From Scenedesmus sp. PABB004 (Eukaryota), in the NCBI GenBank assembly GCA_014905635.1, contig JABVCE010000042.1, positions 62,001 through 126,000 on the forward strand: a stretch of DNA of 64,000 nucleotides, read 5' to 3'. Made by a program: the position numbers and the translations under genes. This document shows positions 1-11,983 of this stretch, in pieces (within the stretch, counting starts at the first letter, position 1; each line of letters opens with the position of its first letter). The notes beneath the pieces were generated by a model. That model had not been told where the DNA came from. It saw nothing but the letters and a program-made list of their open reading frames with translations, and did not search any database.

Positions 1-52
1 ACGCAGCGCCGCGACAGCCGCCGCCGCCTCCTCGAGCGTGCGCGGCGCGGGC

Positions 53-88
<36 letters not shown>

Positions 89-3000
89 GCCGGCGGCGCC
101 GGCGCAGCGCGACCCTGCGCGGCCGCTGCGGCGCCAGGTAGCCGCGCGCGGCCGCCAGGTAGCCGCGCGCGGCCGCCAGTCGGGCGCCGCAGTCGCCCAG
201 CAGACGCGCGCCCTGGTCGCGCGCGGCGTGCGCGGCGTCCGCCGCGCGGCGGGCCGCGTCCGCGTCAGGCGCCGCCGCCGCGCCGTGCGGTCGCGCGAGC
301 CGCCGCTGGTGCTGCACGAGCGCCACGTCGCGCTCGTGGTGCTGCACCACGGCAGCCTGCCACTCCGCCTCCACGGCTGCGAGGTCGGCCTCCACCGTCG
401 CGTCGCCGGCGGCGGTCAGCGCGGCCAGCGCCAGCCGCAGCCGCTCCGCGGCCGCGGCCGGCAGCGCCGCGCCCGGCCCCTGGCCCGGCGCCGCGCCCGG
501 GCCCTGGCCCGGCGCCGCGCCCGGCGCGGCGCCTTGCCCCCGGGCGCGGAGCAGCCGCGCCTCCGCGACGGCCAGCCGGCGCCGGAGCGCCGCCGCGTGC
601 TCGTCCTTGCGCTGCAGGCGGCGCAGCCGGTTGCGCGCGTGGTCGGGCGGGCCCGTCATACCTCCCTGGACCGCAGCGCGGCTGGCGACCTCCCGCTGCA
701 GGTCCTTGAGGGGTTCCTTGCGCAGACGCACGGCCGCCTCGCTGGCATCCACGGCGGCGCGCAGGCGCTGCACCGCCGCCTCGAGCTTGCCCAGCTCGCG
801 CGCCCGCTGCAGCTCGCGCAGGCGCGGCTCCTGGGCGCTGGCGTCCAGCAGCTTGGGGGGCGCCGGCGGACGCTGGCCGCGGCTGCAGCTGCTGCTGCTG
901 CCGCTGCCGCTGCCGCTGCGCCCGCTGCTGCCGTCCAGCGCCTCTGCCAGCGACTCGACGGCCGCCGCGAGCGCGCCGGCCGACGCCGGCTCCGGGGCCG
1001 CCCCGAGCGACGCGGCGCGGCGCAGCATCGCCTCCAGCGCCGGCCGCGCCGCCGCGCCCTGCTGGGCTGCCAGCGAGTCCGCGAGCCGCGGCGCGCAGGC
1101 AGCAAACATGTGCTGCTGGCCGAGCATGACGACAAAGTCGCGCGCGACGCGGCGCGCCATGGCGTCGGCGTCGCCCTCCCGGTACGCCAGGCCCTCGAGC
1201 TGCCGGGCCAGCGCCGCGCGCCAGGCGTCGTAGGCCGTGTCGTGCTGCTGCCGCGCCGCCGCGCCCGCGCCGTGCGCCAGCGGCTCCGGCGGCTGCGGCA
1301 CGAGCGGCGCGCCCCCTGCCTGCGCGCCCGCGTCCGGCGCGCGCGGCATGCCGCTCCGCGCCCAGTCGAGCACGCGGCCGTGCTTGCCGGCCGCCTCGTC
1401 CGACTCCCAGCGCTGCAGGCCGGGCGTCGCCTGCGCCCCTGCCGCCTGGCGCGTGCGCGCCGCGCCGGCCGCGGGCGCGCGCGCCTCGCCGTCCGCCGCC
1501 GCCGGGAAGGGCTGCTCCAGGTGCAGGCGCATCCGCGCGAGCATGTCGCGCATCATCGCCATGGCCAGCCGCAGCCGGCCGGCGTCCTGGCCGTCGCCCG
1601 CCGCCGCGGGCACCACGCCCTCGCCCGGCTGCAGCACGCCCTGGCGCTCCCAGAGCAGCGGCGACGCGCTGTACAGCAGCGCCGCGCCGCCGGCGATGAG
1701 GCAGTCGCGCGCGGCGCGGCTGGGCGTGCCGGCGCAGCCCGCGGCAAACCACGCCTGCAGGGCGGCGGCGTCGAGCGCCTTCTCCAGGCGCTCGCCGTCG
1801 GCGAGGTGGAGCTGCAGGTTGGTGTTGTACAGCTCCGCGAGAGGGTTGACGAGGTCGTGGTGCAGGCGGCCTGTGACCCAGGCCGGCAGGGGCACGCGCT
1901 GCAGCTCGTTGACGCCGCAGGCCTGCTCCAGCGCGTGGCGCAGGTCGCTGGACAGGCCGCCGCCAACGCGCCGCCAGTTGCCCTGGCTAAAAAAGTTCAT
2001 CAGGTCGTACACGAGCGGCGCGCCGCCGCACGCGGCCTGCAGGTAGCAGGCGCACGCGGGCGGCGGCGGCGCCGGCTGCTGGGCCTGCTGCGCTGCAGGC
2101 GGGGGCTGGGGCTGCTGCGGGCCCTGCTCCTGCGCCGCCGGCTGCGGCGGCGGCTGGCGCGTGTCCAGCCCGTACAGCCGGCTGCGCAGCGGGCGGGCGG
2201 GCGGGCGGGCGGCGCGACTCGGCGGGCGGCGCGGAGGAGGGGGCGCAAAGCGCGCGGGCGCGCCCCACCCGCGCGCGCGCGCACCTCGCCCCATACACGA
2301 GCGCCACGTGGTGCGCGTCGCGGCCGAGGATGCCCAGCCGGCTGTAGGCGCACACGAGCGCCTCGAGGTAGGGGACCACCTCTGGCTTGCGCACGGCGCC
2401 GCGCAGCGCGCAGACGCGCACGCCTGAGGCGGGCGGGCGGGCGGGCGAGGGCAGGTGAGGGGGGCGCGGGCAGGGCGCGGGGCGGCGGCGGCGCTGGGTG
2501 CCGAGAGAGCGGCCCGGCGGCCCGGCAGCGCGCCGCGCGGCGGGCACACTCACGCATGCCAGAGCCGGCCGCTGCCTTTTTGGCCTGCTCGGTCCGTTTC
2601 TTGCTGCGCTTGGTGAAGTGGCGCGGCAGCGCCTGCTGCTGCTGCCGCCCTGCCTTGTCGCCCGCCTCGGCCGCCGCTGCACCGCGCGCGGGCGAGGCAC
2701 GCCCCGACGCCTCGTCGGCGCCGCGCGAGCGCTTGCGGCGGCCGCGCGGCGCCGCCGCCGCGCCGCCGCGCGAGCGCGCGCGGCCGCCGCCGCGCGAGGG
2801 CGTGCGGCCGCCGCGCGTCGCGGCCTTGGCGCTGCCGCGCGAGCGCGCGCGGCCGCGGCCGCGGCTGCGGCGCTGCGCCGCGTCGGCGCCGCGCGCGCGC
2901 TTCGCCGCCGGGCCGCCCTCCTCCTCATCGCTGCTGGCCGCGGCGCTGCCGGCGGACCAGCCGACGCTGGCGGCGGGCGCCGAGAGCACCGCCGCCATCG

Positions 3001-4841
3001 CCGCCGCGCGGGCGGCCTCGCCGCGGGCCTGCGCGTGGCGGCGCAGCGCCTCCCAGTCGGCGCCGCTCACGGGCTGCGCCGCGCGCTCGGCGGGGTCGAT
3101 GCCGCGCGCGGGCGGGGGCCCGGGGTGCCCCAGCCGCTGCGCGCGCCGCTCGTGCCGCCGCCGGTGCTGCTGCCGGCGCTGCCGCCGGCGCTGTCGCTGC
3201 GCGCGCGGCTCGTGCCGCCGCCGCTGACGCTGCCACTGCGCGCGCCGCTCTGGCCGCTCTGGCCGCCGCCGCTGGCGCCGCCGCCGCGGCGCGCGTGCTT
3301 GGCGTCGTAGCTCGCGCGCTGCTTGGAGCGCCGCACGTCCTCGTCGGACGTCCCGGCCGCCTCGGCGCGCGCCTCCGCGCGGCGCTCCACCGGCTTCTCC
3401 CACGCCGCGTCGATGGCGGCGGCGGTCGCGGCGCGGCGGCGGCGGCCGCTGCTGCTGCTGCTGCTGTCGCTGTTGCTGGTGCCCAGCGGCGCCGCGGCGC
3501 CGTTGCCCTTGCCGCGGCGCTCCTTGCGCCCGAGCTGCAGCGGCTGCAGCGGCTGCAGCGGCTGCCGCGGCTGGCCCGCCGCCGGGCCGCCCTCCTCGTC
3601 GCTGCTGTCCGCGGCGAGCTCCGCGGCGCGCGGCGCCGCCTCCTGCAGCCGCTGCTGCGCCGGCGCGCCGCGCGGCGGCTCGCGCACCTGCTGCAGCTCC
3701 GCCGGCGCGCCGCGCGGCGGCGGCATGCGTGCCGGCACCACCGCCGCCCAGTGGTTGAGCGGCAGCGGGTTTTGCGCCCCGAGCACGGGCGCAAACTCCG
3801 GCGCCGCGGCGGCCGGCAGCGCGAGCGCCACGAGCCGGTTGCCCTCGCTCGCCTGGAACGCGTCGCCCTGCTCCTGCAGGGCGATGAGGAGCGTGTCAAG
3901 GCTGTAGACGTCGGTCAGGAAGACCAAGTCTTCCAGGCGCATGCACAGCGCCCGCAGCTCAGCCTCGCTGGGGTAGCCCCCGGCCTCCAGGTCTCGCGCC
4001 AGCTCCTCCACGGCGTCCGCGCCGGCCACGCCGAGCACATCGCGCCAGGGCACGCCGCTCGGGTGCAGCTGGTCGCTCAGGCCCAGCTCGCGGATGAGCT
4101 CCACCGTCCGCGACCGCAGCTCGCTCGCCTGCTCGTCCAACATGTCCAGCACGTCGGGTTCGAAACTGCGCAGGTCGTGGGTCGGCTCCTGCAGCTCCGC
4201 CGCCTCCAGCATGCGCAGCACGGCAATCGCAATGAGGGAGAACCCGCACAGGCCGTTGGCGCGGCCGTGCACGAGCGCGTACCCCTTGTCCTCCAGCTCG
4301 CGCTTCAGCAGCGCGAGCTGCGCGCCGGTGCACGTGCCCGCCGGCGCCATGAGCTTCGGCGGCGCCCGCGCCGGCGCGCCGCGCGGCGCGGCCGCCGGCG
4401 GCTGCCGCTGCTGCGGCGCCACGGGCGGCGGCGGCGCCGGCGCCGGCGCGCCGCGCGGCGCGGCTGCCGGCGGCTGCCGCTGCTGCGGCGCCACGGGCGG
4501 CGGCGGCGCCGGCGCCGGCACCGGCGCGTCGTCCGGCCGCGGCGCCGGGCTGCCGCCGCGCCAGCCGCTCCCGCTGACGCTGCCGCTGCCGCTCCCGCTG
4601 CTGCTGCTGGGCCCGGGGCTGCCCCTGCCGCCACCGCCGAGCGCGGCTGCGCGGCCAGGGCCCGGCCGCGCGCGGCGGGCAGCGCGCCGCCGCCGCCGCC
4701 GCCGCCGCCGCCGGGGGGGCGGCGCGCGCGCGCCACGGTGCGCCACGGCGGCGACGCGTCGCTGGGTTGCTGCCCCTGCTGCGGCGGCGGCTGCGGCGGG
4801 CTGCGGCTGCGGCTGCGCCCGCCGAACGGGGCGGGCACGCC

Positions 4842-4877
<36 letters not shown>

Positions 4878-5488
4878 AGGGTCGCCAAGCGTAAACACCG
4901 CCGCCTGCTCATCGGGCGTGAACCCGATGTCCCAAAACCCCGGCGGGGTCTCGGGAGGCGCGTGCTTGGCGCGGTGCCGCGACGCGGCCTGCAGCGCGGC
5001 CGGGGCCAGCGCGTGCGTGCACGGGAGCAGCATCATGGTGCCCGGCGCCGGCGCGCCCCAGGTGGAGAGGGCGCCGTAGAAGTCGCGGCACTGAGCACAG
5101 TCGTGCCCCGGCAGGTCCTGGCGCGCCGGCCCGCGCACCACCTCCTGGTACGCGAAGCCGCCGGCAGCGGGCGGCTGCCGCGGCGCCGACGCGCCCGCGC
5201 GCTGCTGCTGGTGCTGGTGCTGGTGCTGCTGCTGCTGCTGCTGCTGCTGCGGCGGCGGCGGCGGCTGCAGCCAGTCCTCCTCCTGCCCGCGATACGCGCG
5301 GCGCCAGCCGGCGCCCGCCGGCGGCGGGCGCGGCTGCGCCGGCGCCGCCGGCTGCGGCGCGCCCCAGTTCAGCACCGGCAGCGCGAGAAGGCCGGCGGGC
5401 GCGCCCTGAGCCGGCGCGCCGGCGCGCGCTCGCTGCTGCGCCTCCTGCTGCCCGCCGCCGATCGCGGCGGCGGCGGCTCCGGCTCCAT
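1..5488 (-). CDS. Large multidomain protein, 3'-truncated by the window edge: CtIP/Sae2 C-terminal motif + OTU-like cysteine protease + putative Fanzor1-like N-terminal lobe
   Basis: Probable ATG at 5488. Motif FAYQEVVRG..DCAQCRDFY..ASRHR..PETPPGFWDIGF at 5156-4920. OTU-like GRANGLCGFSLIA..ELRSRTVELI..GGYPSEAELRAL..NHWAAV at 4290-3735. Clean GT-AG introns 2553-2424 and 2284-2182 give GMRVRVCALRGAVRKPEVVPYLEALVCAYSRLG; frame then appears open from 2181 to position 1. Three frame breaks (~5450, ~4665, ~3115), each fixable by one extra base, so the single-gene model is inferred. Confidence 0.6.
4363..4515 (-). repeat. Coding tandem duplication of the peptide PAPAPPPPVAPQQRQPPAAAPRGA (2 copies)
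   Basis: Near-identical direct repeat visible in DNA and in ORF 3067..4746. Confidence 0.8.
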
Positions 5489-6336
5489 GGCGCCCAGCGC
5501 GCCCCACCTCAGGGGCCTGGCGCTTGTCGGGAGGAGGAGGGCCGGGCGGGGCGCGGCGGGGCGGGGCGGGGCGGGGCGCGGCGGGGCGGGGCGGGCGGCA
5601 TGAATCTTCCGGAACGGGCCCGACGCGGAGCGCGCGATGGCCGACGCGCCGCGACGCACGCACCACACACGCGCCTCACAGGCTGACCATCGCGGCGCGC
5701 GCCGGCCGGGGCTGCCGGCAGCGCGCGCGCCGCGTGCTGGCGCGCGATCGACGAGCTTGCATCGCGGGAGGCTCTCGCCCGGCGCGGGTGGCCGCCGCGT
5801 GTGCCTCTCACCGTGCACGGTCTGGTGCCAGATGGGCTGGCGGTTCGGGCACCGAGAGCACGGGCGGTCAGGCGGTTCAGGGCGGTTGGCCCCGCCCCTC
5901 ACGACGTTGCCCGGCTGCCGCCGCTGCTTTCCTCCTCCTGGGCATCCCCGTCGCGCACCGCCACCGCCACAGCGTGCGCGGCGGCGTCGGCGGCGCGCGG
6001 CGGCGGGCGGGGCGCCGGCGCCGCTGCTGCGCCGCTCCAGCCGCGCCCGCCCGCCACCGCAGCTGCTGTCCCGCGCCTGTTCTCCGCGCTCTTGCCCCGA
6101 GGGCTGCGAATTCACGGCCCCAGTGCCGATTAAGGCGCCGCCCAACCGCGCCGGCGGCGGCGCGCTGCCCGCGACAACGGGAACAGCGGCGCGCCGCGTG
6201 TGCCGGCACGGCGGCAGCCGCTCACTGCCGCCGCCTCCCGCCGGCGCCGCGGGTGCCCTCCCCCCTCCCCCTCTGACCACCCGCCGCCGCCCGCCGCCCC
6301 GCGCAGAGCGCGCGCGCGTGCGCGGAGGCGGGCGCG

Positions 6337-9300
6337 ATGCGGCGCAGCACGGGCGGCGGCGACGCGGCTGGCGGCAGCAAGCGCGGCAGCGGCGCGGGCA
6401 TCCTCTTCCCCTGGCAGCACAGCGACAGCAACGCGGGCAAGCCCAGCTACCGGGAGGAGTTTGATGGTGCGCGCGCCCCGCCGCGCGCCGCGGCGGGGCG
6501 CTCGGCACCCGCGCCCGCGGCGGTGCCCCGCGCCGCCCCGCACCGCCGCCGATCTGCCCGGCCGCGCCGCCGCCTCTCTCGCCGTCCCTTTTTCCCCTGC
6601 AGGCCTCCGCAACTGGATGGAGAAGACGCGCGACTCGTGAGCAGCGCGGGCGCCGGGGGCCCGGGCGGTCGCAGCCGCCGCCGCCGCTCAACATACACTC
6701 ACTCGCACACCCACACACACGCGCGCAGCGGCAGCAAGGCGTTCCGGGAGTTTGGTCCCTTTGATTGGGCCGCCCTCTTCCTGCCCTGCCTGCGCTGGCT
6801 GCGTACCTACAAGCTCAAGGAGCACCTCATGGTGACGGCGGGCGCCGCGGTTCAGGGACGCCGCGGTTTAGGGACGCCGCGGTTCAGGGACGCCGCGGTT
6901 CAGGGACGCCGCGGTTTAGGGACGCCGCGGTTCAGGCGGGGCCTGGGGCGCGCCGGCGCCGGCGGGCCGCGCCGCCCGCGCCCGCGTTGCCGCCCGCCGC
7001 CGCGCCCCCCCCACGCCCGCGCCCGCGCCGCGCCCTGCACCGCGCCCTGAGCCGCGCGTCGCGCTGACCCGCGCCGCGTCGCCGCAGTGGGACCTCCTGG
7101 CGGGCGTGAGCGTGGGGTTCATGATCGTGCCCCAGGGCATGAGCTACGCCAACATCGCCGGCGGTGAGCGCGCGCGGCCGCGTGTCGTGTGTGCGTGTGT
7201 GTGTGTCTTCCACTCCCTCCCCTCCTGTGCCCCCGTAAACCCTGCCCCGTCGCCCTTAACCCCTGAACCCCGCCACGTCAACAGTGCCGTCGGTGTACGG
7301 CCTGTACGGCGCGTTCCTGCCCCTCCTTGTCTACGCCGCGCTCGGCAGCAGCCGCCAGCTCGGCGTCGGCCCCGTCGCGGTGACGAGCCTCCTCATCGGC
7401 AACGGCATTCGCGCCATGCTCCCCGGGGCCGCCGAGATCGACAACCCCAACGCGCCGCGCGACGCGGCCGAGGCGGCGCTGCAGGCGACGTACAACCACA
7501 AGGCGCGGCGCCGGCGGGGCCTGCGCGGCGCGGGCAGCTCGCCCGCCCCAGACGCACCCCTCAGCGGCCCTCGACGGCACACGCCTCGGCCCCGACCAAC
7601 GCCGTTCCAAACACCAAAACCCTGCCCGCCCCGCCCGCGCCGGCCGCGCCGCCCGCCCCGCCCACCGCCGCCGCCGCGGCCGCCGCAGGTCATCCAGATC
7701 GCGTTCCTGGTGGCCGTGATGTACACGGGCGTGGGCGTGCTGCGCCTGGGGTTCATCGTGCGCTTCCTGAGCCACAGCGTGATCACCGGCTTCACCAGCG
7801 GCGCGGCGGTCATCATCGGCATGGGCCAGGCGCGGCGCGCTGCTTGCTTTTGGGCTGCTTGACTATGGTTATATATGTTATAGGCCAGTTTGGCTATTGT
7901 TTGGTTTTGAGCCCCGCCCCGCCCCGCCCCGCCCCGCGCCCCTGTCGTCAAAACCTCCCCAAACCCCTAAACCTCCCCCCCGGTCCATCAGGTCCGCTAC
8001 ATCCTGGGCTATAAGGTCCCCCGCACCGACACGCTGCACGAGCAGATCACGGTGCTCATTGCGGGGCGGGCGGGGTTCAAGTGGAAGGAGTGCGTCATGG
8101 GGCTCAGGTGGGGCTCGGGGCTAACGGCTGAGCGCGGCAGGGTTTAGGAGCGGGCGCGGGCCGGGGGCGGCCGTGGGCGCCGCGCGGTCCGGCGGGCGGG
8201 CGCGGCGCCCCCGCGCGCCCGCCGGGCCGCGCCCGCCCCGCCGCCCTCCTCCTCACGCCCACGCCGGCGCCGCCCGCACGCCCCCCCCCCCCCCCCGCAC
8301 ACACACACACACGCACGCACGCACGCACGCCGCGCAGCATGCTGGCGCTGCTGGTCACGCTGCGCCTCACCTCCAAGCGCGTGCGCCGCCTGAGCTGGGT
8401 CGGCGCGGTGAGCTCCCCCCGCCGCCCGCCCCCGCCCCGCTGGGTCTGCGCTCCGCGCCCCGGCGCTGCGCGCCCCGGCGCCACGCGGCGGGCTTGGGCG
8501 CGCCCCCACGCAGCTGCCTGCCGCGCCGCGGCCGCGCCCGCCTGCAGCTGGGCCCCATCCTCTGCTGCGCCATTGGCATCGCCGCCGTTGCTGCGGGCAA
8601 CCTCAGCGCGCGGGGGATCAAGATTGTGGAGAAAATTCCCCAGGGTGGGCGCGCGCGCCGCCCGGGCCAGGGTTTTGGGGCCCCAGGGCTTGCGGGCGCC
8701 CTGTGAGCAGGCCGCGGGGCGGGGCGACGCCGGGCGCGGGCGGCGGCCGCAGACCCCGCGCCGCTCGGACCCCGCGCCCGCCCCGCCGCCCCGCGCCGCG
8801 CCAGGCCTGCCGAAGCCCACGGTGTCGTGGTGGCTGCCCATCGCCAACCCCGGGGCGATGCTGGGCCTGGCGGCGGTGGTGATGCTGGTGGACCTGCTGG
8901 AGAGCACCTCCATCGCCCGCGCACTCGCGCGGTGCGGCCGCGGCGGCGGGCCGCGGTTTTACTGCCGGGGTTTGCTCGCGGGGCGCCCGCCCGGGGGAGG
9001 GGTTTGGGGGGAGGCCGCGCGGAGGGCGGGCGGGCGGGCGCGCCGCGCGGCTAGCCCACGCGCGCGCGCCCGCGAACGACGCCGCGAGAGCGCCCCGCGG
9101 CGACGCCCCCCCCCCCCCCCCCCCCCCCCCAAACCCTGACGCCCCCAAAACCCTAAACCCTGCCACCCCGGCGCCGCGCAGGCGCAACGGCTACGAGCTG
9201 AGCTACAACCAGGAGATCATCGGCCTCGGCATCGCCAACTTTGCGGGTGAGGCACAGCGAGGGGGCAGGGGAGGGGGCAGGGAGGGACAGTGAGGGACAG

Positions 9301-11964
9301 CGAGGGACAGTGAGGGACAGTGAGGGACAGTGAGGGACGCGAGGCGACGCGACACGCGAGGGGGCAGGGGGTGGGGGCAGGGAGGACGTGGGGAGGGGGA
9401 GAGGGGCGGCCTGCCAGGGTGGTGGCCGCGCCGCGCCGCGCCGCGCCCAGCCGCCCCCGCGCCCGTGCCCTGCCTGCTTGGCCCGCCGCGCGCCGTGCGC
9501 GGCCAGGCGCCGCGTTCAACGCCTACACCACCACCGGCTCCTTCTCTCGCTCCGCCGTCAACAACAGCTCCGGTGAGGCCCGCCGGCGCGGCGCCCGCCC
9601 CCGCCCGCGATCCGGGCGCGCGCCCCGCCACCCGCCGACGCTCGCCCTGCGCCCCCTCGCGCCCGCCGCTCAACACCCTGCCCCCCCCCCCCCCCAGGCG
9701 CCAAGACGCAGCTCGCGGCGCGCGGTGACGGCGGTGGTGGTCATGTTTGTGCTGCTCTTCCTCACAAAGGCGCGGGGCACGGGGCACGGGGTTTAAGGGG
9801 GGCGCTCAGGGGCCGCGGTTTAGGGTCCAGGGGCCCGGCGGGGCGGCGGCGGCGGCTGCGACGACGCAGGCGGCGGCCCCCTCCCCCCGGAGCCCCCGCG
9901 CCCGCCGCGCCGCCGCCCCTTCTACTAAACCCCGCCGCCGCCGCCCCTGCCTAAACCCCAGGTGTTTGAGCTGCTCCCCTACAACACCATGGCCGCCATC
10001 ATCATCGCCGGCGTGGCGGGGCTGGTGGAGTTTGACACCGCCCTCTACCTCCTGCGCGTGAGGGCCGGGGTTTTGGCGGCCACCGGCGCGCCCAGGGTTT
10101 AGGGGGCCCAGCCGGCCCGCCCGGGGTGGAGGGGCGCCGCCGGCCCGCGCCCCGCGCGCGCAAGCCTCTGCTCCCAAACCCTCGCCCGCAAGGCCTTCTC
10201 AACCCGCCAACCCCCGCCCTCTTAACCCTCGACCCCCGCACCGCCCCCCGCTAACCCCCGCCGCGATCAGACGCACCTGCGCGACTTTGTCGTCTGGCTC
10301 GTCGCCTTCCTCGCCACGCTCTTCCTGGGCATTGAGCTCGGCCTGGCCGCCGCCATCGGGCTCGCCCTGCTGATCGTCATCTTTGAGAGCGCGTTCCCCC
10401 ACACGGCGGTGCTCGGCCGCATCGAGCGCACCACGGTGGGCTCGAGGGTTGGGGGTTGAGGGGTCTAGGGGTTTAGCGCGCCCGCGGCGCCGTTGGGGCC
10501 GGGTTTACGTTGGGGACGCGCCCGCGCGCGGCGGCGGCGGCCGGCGCTGCTGCCCGGCGGCCGCCGGGCGCCGCGCGCCGCGCCCCGCGCCCCGCGCCCT
10601 TAACCCCCCTCCACGCCTCCACGCCTCCCGCCCCCGCTAAACCCCCGCCCCCTGCTGCCGCCGCTAAACCCCCGCCCCCCTGCTGCCGCTAAACCCCGCC
10701 CCCCGCCCGCAGGTCTACCGCAACATCCAGCAGTACCCCGCCGCCGAGATGGTCCCTGGGCTGCTCGTGGTGCGGCTGGACGCGCCGGTCTACTTTGCAA
10801 ACGTGCAGTGGATGGAGGACAAGCTGGTGCAGTACGAGGAGGAGGCGCTGCGGTGCGTAACCCTAAACCCTAAAACCCTGGGGGGGGGGGGGGTGTTGGT
10901 GTGGGGGTCAGTGTGGGTGTTGGTGTGGGTGTGTGGGCGGGTGTGGTGCGGAGGGGCGCGTGCCTCCCTCTCCCTCTCCCTCGCACCCACCCAACGCCCG
11001 CCCACACGCCCCACGCCCCATGCGCCCCCGTCTCCCACGCACGCCTCCCGTCCCCCCGCCCACACCGCCGCCCCCGCCGGCGCCCGCCCAGGTTTGCGCG
11101 CGCCAACGGGCTGGACCGCGTGGAGTTTGTCATCCTCGACCTCACCCCCGTGCCCCACATGGACTCGATGGGCGCACACTTCCTGGAGGCGCTGCACGAC
11201 GTACGGCCGCCCCACCGCCGCGCGCGCTGCCGCCGCCGCCCCCGCCGCCGCCGCTATTGGGGCGCGCGCCGCTCCAGCTCGGCGCTCTAACCCTCAAAAC
11301 CCTCAAAACGTACAAAACCATCAAAACCTCAAAGCCTCAAAACCGCCATAAACCGCCATGAACCGCCCCGCCCCGCGCCCCCGCGCCCCCGCGCCCCCGC
11401 GCCCCCGCGCCCCGCCCCCCCCCCCCCCCCCCCCGCAGGAGTACAAGGCGCGCGACGTGCAGCTCATCCTCACCAACCCCAGCCCCCGCGTCGTGCGCCT
11501 GCTCGAGCGCGCGGGCCTGCTGGCCAAGCTGGGCCGGGAGCATGTGTACGTGCGCGTGCACGACGCCGTCGTCTCCTGCCAGCGCTCGCTCATGCAGGTG
11601 CGGCAGGGTTTTGGGGGGCGGCGCGCAGGGTTTTGGGGGCCAGGGTGGAACCTCCGTTGGGGCGGAGCGGGGTGGGGTGGTTGCGCGGGGCCGCAGGCGC
11701 CGCACGGCGGGCGCGCCCGCCGCCCGGCGGCGGCGGCGCGCGGGGCGTGGCTGCGGCGAGCGAGCGCGCGCGCCGCGCCGGCGCCCCGCCCGCCCCGTGC
11801 GCGCGCAGGTCGAGGCTGGCGGCACGCTCGGCGGCGCGTCCTGGCAGCAGATGGGCAGCGGGGACGGCGGGCCGTCGGGCGGCGCGGCGGCGCGCGCGGG
11901 CGCAGACCTGCCCGCCGGCGCGAGCAACGGCGGCGCGCCGCCCTCGCCCGGCGGCGGGCTGTGA
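6337..11964 (+). CDS. SULTR: SLC26/SulP-family H+/sulfate transporter with C-terminal STAS domain (about 16 exons)
   Basis: Spliced exons give [128 protein letters not shown] 6337, stop 11962-11964. One apparent frame break near 9720. Confidence 0.93.
6843..6936 (+). repeat. 16-bp minisatellite CGCCGCGGTT(C/T)AGGGA, about 6 copies, intronic
   Basis: Directly visible; variant order C,T,C,C,T,C; each unit contains TTCAGGG or TTTAGGG. Confidence 0.95.
9282..9338 (+). repeat. 10-bp tandem repeat GAGGGACAG(T/C), 5-6 copies, intronic
   Basis: Directly visible in a SULTR intron. Confidence 0.9.
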
Positions 11965-11983
11965 GCCAGCGGCGGGGGTGCAA

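Noticed and set aside
228..3227. 999-aa plus-strand ORF, and similar very long R/A/P/G-rich ORFs throughout the track
   Set aside because: Antisense or off-frame shadows of real genes; stop codons are rare at this GC content; no motifs.
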